In this document: piece after piece, positions 56,390 to 64,000 of the stretch | How positions within the stretch are numbered: position 1 is the first letter of the stretch | Layout: each line of letters starts with the position of its first letter | NCBI GenBank assembly: GCA_028023455.1 | Contig: JAQFVV010000009.1 | Span: 14,632,001 to 14,696,000 of the forward strand | Direction: 5' to 3' | From: Epiperipatus broadwayi | Taxonomy: Eukaryota; Animalia; Onychophora | Length of the DNA stretch: 64,000 bases | Translations under genes and position numbers: made by a program | Notes under the pieces: model-generated | The model's database searches: none | What the model was told of the DNA's origin: nothing | What the model saw: the letters and a program-made list of their open reading frames with translations, nothing else

Positions 56390-57950
56390 ACTATTTAGGT
56401 TATGAAAGTGGGATGACAAAAAAGGAAAGAAGGTGCAACATAATTGCTGTGCAATCTATTACAAAAAATTAATAAATTGATAATATGAAGAGAGCTTAAA
56501 GAGCACTCTATAAACTATTAATTCTGTATATAATAATATTCTAATATAACAGATAGGGTTTTACAAATAATTCTTGGAGTCACACTGTTTACACATATTA
56601 ACCACTACAATGAGACCAATGTCATACTCTAAAAGTCTTTCAAAGTGAGAAAATTAATCATGAAAATAAATATTAATACATACAATGGAAAAAAAAATGA
56701 AAATTTGCATTATCTCTTGAAGTAGATGACCCTTTATATTAAAACACAAATCATTCAACTTCTTACTTGCCAAAGCATGAAGATATAATTAATTTAATCA
56801 CTAACCTAGATCCAAGTAAATATAATGCAGACCACTAAGTTCCAAATCACAAGAATGGAATTTTTTCCATGGCAATACAGTTATTTCTATAGACATGGAA
56901 AGAGAGAAAGGTTTTTTTCATTTTTAATGCAATAACTTTTTCAATGATACTACTAACTTAATACATATTCTGGATTTCACATTGAATGCAAAGAATTGCT
57001 GATTCTTTATAGATGCATTAAAAACCAGTTTAACAGTAGTTCTTCTACATAATGAAATTGTAATGCCTTTTCTTCAGTTGCGTATGTCAGTCTGGCAAAA
57101 AATTCATGTGAGATTTTGGAAAATATATTCTAATAAATCAGATGCACTGAAAATATATGGTTGATCTACAAATAACTGCATCTGAGATGCAACAAGTTAT
57201 ACTAAATATTTTTGTTTTCTTTGTGGATAAACATGATGAAAGTTTGTTACTTAAAAAAAGAACCTGCATTAAATTGGTAAGCAAAGAAAAAATATACAAT
57301 GAGAGAGTTATATAGCTCATGTGTTTCATTACCATTTTACATAAAACTTAATATTATTAAACAATTTGTAAAGGCTATGGATAAAACTGGGAAAAAAATT
57401 GCTTGCCTTTCAAACAAAATTCACTTTTTAGCAGCAAATGTAAGAAAAAGTATATTTGTGATCTTGAACAAGGTAAATTTTGATATATGATTAACAGGAA
57501 AAAAATTAGAGAAACATTTTTCTAGAAAGTAATCAATAACTTTCTCAGAAGAAAAAAACCTCATAACTACAATGCAAAATAGGATTTAGGATTCAATATC
57601 TTCCTAAAAGTGCATTTTTAGACTTTTATTTGAACTACATTCAAGAGTATTTTGGTGATATACCTGATGAACTTAATGAAATATTCATAAAGACATACTT
57701 ATGATGAAAAGTGATATGAGTGGTCCTTATGATGTATAATTTCTGTTGTTATATTACTCAAGAGAATAGAAACATCATAACAGAAAAAAATGAATTGGTC
57801 ATGAATGAAAAGTGCATTTTTTTTCATATTTACAATTTTTATGAACAATTTTTAAATATAAATATTATATTATGTTTTATTTTAGTGAAATGTCTGTATT
57901 AATTAAATAATTTAAAATATCTATTTCACACAAGTTGTCCTGCTTCATTT
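56390..57950 (+). mobile_element. decayed DNA transposon, Chapaev3-like (CMC) transposase
   Basis: TMRPMSYSKSL, FIDALKTSLTVVLLHN and LPFYIKLNIIKQFVKAMDK match the RPVPHS / FIDSSKRSLKAVLLHN / LPPLHIKLGLMKQFVKAL transposase family. The superfamily name is from memory. Confidence 0.65.
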
Positions 57951-58643
57951 GCTGCAGTCATAGTGTTGACATTTTGGATTGTAGGATCCTCAGATCAATT
58001 CCAAATCTGGAAAACTTCTTAAAAACTCCCAAGCAATAAAGCTGTTCTATTATTTTATTGTACTTGTAATATAATGAGGACTAAAAAAAACTTTCAAATG
58101 CAAAACTTTTAACTGAACCTTGGCAAAGAAAAATTAAATACATGTTTGATTCTGCCCACAAAGTGTTATCAGTCACACTACTCCATCAAAAAATTGTAGA
58201 ACATCATTATGTTTAAAGACATCTTGGATGAAAATGATACAATAATCTTTAGCTTAACAATTAATTAGTAATAATCATTAATATATTTAACTAAGAGCAA
58301 TAGCATCAAATGAGTGTGTGCAAGATATGTATTATTTGCATATTGAATTGTAGTAAAATTCTATGAATAAATACATTCTAATAATGATGGTGAGATCATA
58401 TGATAAGATGACTGGTTCAAGTAAACAATGCTGGTTCAGCTGTAAATGCATCTTAGAGGTTGTTTGCATTTTTTAAAACAAGTTTTATAGTATGTTTGAT
58501 ATATATTGTAAAGAGAGATAGAAGGAGAGTGTGGTGTAATAGACATAATTTATGAAATCACACATTGAAGCACTCCATGTAACAGAAAGTAGAATGGATG
58601 TACATAGAAATAGGGTAAAATAAGAAGTAACTTAGCTAAAAGT

Positions 58644-58747
58644 AGTCAAGCATTGGTGGCCAAGTAATCCGCACAGCTGATTTACAAGCAGTTGTTCCAG
58701 GTTCATGGGTTCACTTCCTGGCTGATGCTTTGGCACATGGGAAAAAA
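58644..58747 (+). mobile_element. tRNA-Gly-derived SINE copy
   Basis: GTCAA leader, GCATTGGTGG...GATGC body, TTTGGCACATGG trailer and A tail. TSD AACTTAGCTAAAAGT at 58629-58643 and 58748-58762. Confidence 0.85.
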
Positions 58748-60096
58748 AACTTAGCTAAAAGTTGTATTAGTTTGCCAAATGCAATAAGAAGTGACTTGGA
58801 TAATTTATATTGCACAACAATGCAACTCAAAATATTTCATAATCAATATAAATAGGTATTATCTAGTACTTATGTGATTCATCAATTAACCTGTCATACT
58901 CTAGCTCTTCAGATTTATATTAATAAGTAATAAATATTTTGCCATTTAAAATTTTGTCAGAAGCAAATCAGTAGGATATAAATTTGTAATTCTTTTGCTA
59001 ACTTTTAGAGAAAAAAAATAGGCATCATACAAATCAAATACTCTGTACTATTAAATATTTTTATGAAATTTTTTTTTTCAGCATATTGTTTACATTTGCA
59101 GATGTATCATTTAGCTCTAAAATGCTGAGGAAAAAATGTACAATTTGTGAACAAAAACCTTTTATTTATATCAATCCCAAGATATGACAATGAATATCAC
59201 CTTCAGATTTAAATGGCTTTTTTCCAGATCTCATTTCAAATCCTTTGATATTTCTATTAGTTCCTCATTATCACTCCAAGCTCTAGTTCAAAGAAAGGAA
59301 AGATATTGACATTGATATTGCATGTACAAACTATTCTTACTTAACTAAACATGCAAGAATGAAGTTAAATGAAATAAATTAATCAACAACATTTTTATTA
59401 AAGTAATAAAATAATAAAGAATATCAATACAAATCCATCCTGTTAGAGCTTAAACAGTAATAGAGAAAAATATCTGCTTTCCTCTTTTCATTATTTTAGA
59501 ATATTGTTTTATTATAATTTAAATACAGTGAGAGAGAATAATAGTGATAATATACATATCTATTACTAAAGAAATACAGTACTAGCAAATGACCACTTTT
59601 TTATTCTAAGGGTTTTTTAATTTCATTTAAATTTCTTCCTATTTAACTGATAAAAAATATATAAAAGTATTATAAGATATCTTTACATAAAGTTGTTAAT
59701 GAGTTTTTAGGTGGTTAGCTTCTGTTATTGATCTTAAAGGTACACTAAGTTTTTAGTTTAGTTGGTTTTCAAAATGTGATCATCTTTGATTCCATAAACT
59801 GATTGAAATGTTGTTAACTTGTATAGTGATTTGAAGGTTTTCTTAATCGTATATGTCTTAATTAATACAGAAAAACATTCAGGCAGTAAAACAAATCATG
59901 TCAAACCCTATAGTAGATTTTGACAGATCATCTTTTTTTCTAGGCCTTATATGATTAAAAGATTATGAGATAGACTTGCATTCTTGGACAATCATGTTGA
60001 GAAATCTATATGCATAAATCTGACTTCTCATCAATGTAATTGGGATATACTGACAAATAGTTTAATTAATAGTTAGCTTTCCTGTTTTTCTAACAG

Positions 60097-60164
60097 ATAA
60101 TCTTTACTGTAAAGAACAGCTGACAGATGTAGCTGAAATTCTTATTTACCCTGTAGATGATTGA
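60097..60164 (+). CDS. candidate terminal exon (..NLYCKEQLTDVAEILIYPVDD*), unknown product
   Basis: Strong acceptor CCTGTTTTTCTAACAG and an open frame to TGA. A phase-compatible 61-bp intron (60036-60096) precedes it. No homology recognised. Confidence 0.25.
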
Positions 60165-61072
60165 AAGATGAAAGCTATCATTAATAATTATCCATTGATA
60201 TTTACTTTAATCTGATTTAAATTAATTTAATATATTTGATTTTTTTCCGTTGTCCTTTATAACTTCATAAAATTCTGTTATTTATTAAAAAATACGTTTT
60301 CGCAATTCAAAGTTAATGTATTCACCTGAGTAGGGTGATTTTTAAATCTTAATTATTTATTGTTTTTATAAATAAGTTATTTTTCAAATAATATTTTGTT
60401 GATGGTTTTAAATCTTTACACAAATTAAAAATATATATTGCAAATATTTTTACATTCCGATATTTTTATTTTTGTGATAAATGGATTTTTATAATTAATT
60501 TAACAATGCTTCAAAATTTTCTCTGATAATCAGACATCTGTAGAGATATATATTCAGCAATTATATCTTCTGACTGACCTAATGGAATTCATCAGTGCAA
60601 ACTACAGATTTTATGCATATGTAATTAACAACTATTTAAAAATATTTTTCTATCTTTGAACAATTTTGATAGCCACCTATAAACATCTCTTTTTGACAGG
60701 AGTAAATTGCTCTTTAAAAAGTGAACAGTTGTTCCAAACATACATATTATTCTGGATACATTTTTACATGACATTTTAGTTAAAATCCAAAGCGCATGTG
60801 CAACAGTTTAATGCTGTTTAAATATATTACAGTTTATAAACATCGCGCTATATAAAATAATTGACTTATGACATAATTTGGTGTTTGTTTTGATTATGTT
60901 TTATTTAATTTTTATGACCATGTTATTATACTATCAAAACTTATATTTAAAATTAGTTTATTACTGCTACTCAGTTTGTGAACTACACTCTCAATCAGCA
61001 TTGTGACTTGTTTCATAATTATTATAATATATATATATATATTGTACCCTTACTTCTATATATATACAAAAG

Positions 61073-61075
<3 letters not shown>

Positions 61076-61104
<29 letters not shown>
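61076..61104. repeat. (TA)n microsatellite
   Basis: Directly visible; shorter TA runs lie at ~61027-61066. Confidence 0.95.
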
Positions 61105-61107
<3 letters not shown>

Positions 61108-61108
<1 letters not shown>

Positions 61109-61355
61109 TGCAGAAGGAAATTAATCTCCAATCATGTGCTGTTTCATAACTATTATAAATCTCTGTATCAGTAAGAGTTTTAAAAGCTTAAATGAATCAC
61201 TTAAACTTTGAACATATTCATATATACACCAACCCTTACTGACTGTGTTTTTATCAGGTTTTGAATCTATTGCATGCCTTACTGATGGGTGAGTGCACAG
61301 CAATTTATAATACTTACAAAACAGAGCATAATTGGAGGTTAATTTCTTTCTGCAC
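61108..61355. repeat. fold-back with ~70-bp arms and HHR-like relic
   Basis: ATGCAGAAGGAAATTAATCTCCAATCATGTGCTGTT versus the reverse complement of ~61320-61355 matches at about 30 of 36 positions. The homology extends to ATCAGTAAG. Confidence 0.75.
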
Positions 61356-62397
61356 AATTACAAGTTTTCAGGGTTTAATAATATATATATATGTAAAAAG
61401 ATAAAACACTTTAAACAGTCGTCACAAAGAAAAAATAAAGGAAAAAGCATTGTTTGTACCTACCAAATGTTGGAGGATTTTCTATTCTTAATTATTACCT
61501 TTTAACTACGTATGTTTAGATATTTATTTATTGACCATTAATGGATGATTAGCTAGATTACCTACTGATTGGTTAACTGCAAAAAAAGTTTTAGTGTGAT
61601 TGGCACTGCTAAAAAGTTTTATTTATTTCAGATTTGAATTTAAATTATGAATATGTAATACCATTGATTTATACATAAATTAAACCATAAGGTCAACCAT
61701 TAATAGGTTAGTATATACAAATTATATCACTGCAATCTTCATGCTTAAACAAAGCAATAAAATAATGTAGCAATAACCATTAATTTGTATAATTGCATTT
61801 GATGATCTCACATATAAGTGATAAAATTGATCAAAATTTTAGAACTAAATGCAACTTGAAAAATTGATGACTTCTGATGATGTAGCTTGTATTGTAATTT
61901 TTATGATATAAAAATTTCAGTATGCATATAAAATATATTATTTAGATTTATATATGTGCAAATAATAGTGTTATTAAAATGACATTTCAATTAGATTGTA
62001 TCTGCTACCATCTGAATAAGGAATAATATTTTTAATTAATATTCCTTACCCATATGATAGAGATGTAATTTAGCTAAAATATCATTACAATAATGCTATA
62101 ATGATATAGGAATGGACTCAGATGATAATCTTTATTTTTAACATATATATTCAAGAAGCATTTATAATGTGTATATAAATAAATAAAAATTTCTATTAAT
62201 TTTAATAGACTTTTATTTTTCAATTAATAAAAAAATTAATCATTGACTTATTTTCAGATATTAATTGCAAAAAAATAATATTAATACTAATAAAATGCCA
62301 AGTGTTCATTCCCTGCCCCCCCCCCTTTTTTTTAAATTTAAAAAAGCATTTAAAATTTGCTATAAATTAGAATTTTTAACATAATAGTATTCATACA

Positions 62398-63164
62398 ATA
62401 ACAAACTCTCCATATAGTAGTACCCCTCAGTGCAAGCCTTATTACTCAATGGATGCAAGAAGATTTATGCATAAAATCCCTATATAATGCCTACGCATCC
62501 AATATTCCCAGACTAGTTTCTAGCTTGTAGCTTTCATCAGTGAGGAGCCTTGGATTTGAAAGAACTGCACCTAAATCTCCAGCAGCCCCCTTTTGTTTAG
62601 TTAGTTAACTATAAAGCTATGATCCCAAGATAACAACACAATAATGTTTTCAATCCAAGCTCAGTCATTTATATAAATCTGATACTAACTCAGTATCTAT
62701 ACATTTTGGTGTATTTGGTTTTTTAAAATCACAATCACCATTATCCTATGGGCAGGATTTATATAAAATTACTATAACATCACATAATCACATTTCTACA
62801 TCTACATAAACTGTTAATATAATATCAAACTCTCCATACAGTACTATCACTCAGTGCAAGCCTTAGCAATCAATGGATGCAAGAAGGATTGTCATAAAAT
62901 TCCTATTTAATGCCTATTCATTCAATATCCCCAGACTAATTTCTAGCCTGTGGCTTTCATCAGTGAAGAGCCACAAACTAGAAACTAATCTGGAGATATT
63001 GGATGGATAGGCACTAGATAGAGATTTTATGCAAAACCTTCTTGTATTTCATTGATTACTAAGGCTAGCACTGAGTGGAACTACTGTATGGAGAGTTTGC
63101 CATTATATTAATAGCTGGAGAATGCATAGTAAACAATGTTATAGTAGTTTTGTAATAATATCCA
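62398..63164 (-). mobile_element. HHR family 2: direct repeat plus inverted repeat, Penelope/retrozyme-like
   Basis: ~150-bp direct repeats at 62402-62550 and 62827-62972, plus an inverted copy at 62976-63100. Minus-strand HHR motifs at 62505-62547 and 62928-62969. Confidence 0.8.
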
Positions 63165-64000
63165 ATTTAAAAGAAACTTTTGTGATTTAACTTAAAATTG
63201 TTTTACATAAATTTTATACTAATTTTATATTTTTAAAGCAAAATTTTAATTTTAAAAGTGAAGAGAAATTCAATATATATTTAATGAAGAGAAATCATAA
63301 CATATTTAATAAATTAAAGTTAATAAAAAATATATATCTAAAATCTAATTCAAATATTAAAAATTAGAAAATGTCAGTAAATAATTTGGAAACCTTTTGT
63401 ATTCCTAGAATCAGTGCCATTAAGGTGAAGTATCAGCAAGAACTTTGAAAATGGATGACAGATTAGACAGTATCAAAAATTAATGAAAGAGAGAAAAATT
63501 ATTAAAGACTGGTAGAGATAAATATCTATTGTGGAATTTTTAGTGATCTAAATCAATGCTATAAAAAGGGCTAAAAACTAGAAGGCTGCATTTATTTTAA
63601 ATTTTCTGCACTAAGAGGCAGCAGTCCATTTTTCATCTCTCCGTTCCAGAATCATGTTGCTATGCATAGTTAACCAGTGGATAGAAGATCATAGTAGCAA
63701 ACAGATTTTCAGATTAAATTTACTCAATGGAAAAGCATATTTCCACTGAGGAAAACCAATAGCTAATATTCTGAGAATTTGTGAATTGTCATACGATATT
63801 TTTTTTTGATTATTCATGTTTATGGCAATGATTCTGGAATACAATGGTGAAAATGAATTACAGCAGTCAGGATACTACAATGTTATATGAATATTTATTT
63901 TCAAGTATACATAATATGAAAACCTATTAGGTCTTATTTTCTAAGTAATTGCTAATGAAAATAGGAGAATCATACTACATATTACTTTCTATAATGCAAA

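Noticed and set aside
1552-61357. ORF-track entries as host genes
   Set aside because: They are short and low-complexity (F/I/L/K-rich), or are TE sense/antisense fragments or microsatellite read-through.
1-64000. CRISPR array, rRNA or prokaryotic operon
   Set aside because: No regularly spaced repeat-spacer units, rRNA motifs or dense ORFs; the sequence is eukaryotic and repeat-rich.

Overview
Very AT-rich, strongly CpG-depleted animal genomic DNA that is mostly decayed transposable elements. I could not identify any host protein-coding gene with confidence; the ORF-track entries are TE fragments, their antisense frames, microsatellite read-through or chance ORFs. Supported elements: two full-length decayed RTE-clade LINEs (51119-54324 +, with a 13-bp TSD; ~35005-38250 -), other LINE fragments, hAT, pogo/Tigger, mariner and Chapaev3-like relics, and a ~100-bp tRNA-Gly-derived SINE family. 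Several CpG-retaining patches look like promoters. The most interesting signal is catalytic RNA. (1) Four copies of a fold-back element carry a type I hammerhead ribozyme (HHR) in their arms, with a one-sided tail and, in three copies, 13-15-bp TSDs; this is Penelope-like architecture. (2) A second HHR family at 62.4-63.2 kb has two same-strand ribozymes 423 nt apart, like a retrozyme. (3) Further hairpins carry HHR relics. (4) Both RTE copies begin with an HDV-like pseudoknot candidate. All alignments, folds and counts were done by eye; family names come from recalled motifs, not database searches.
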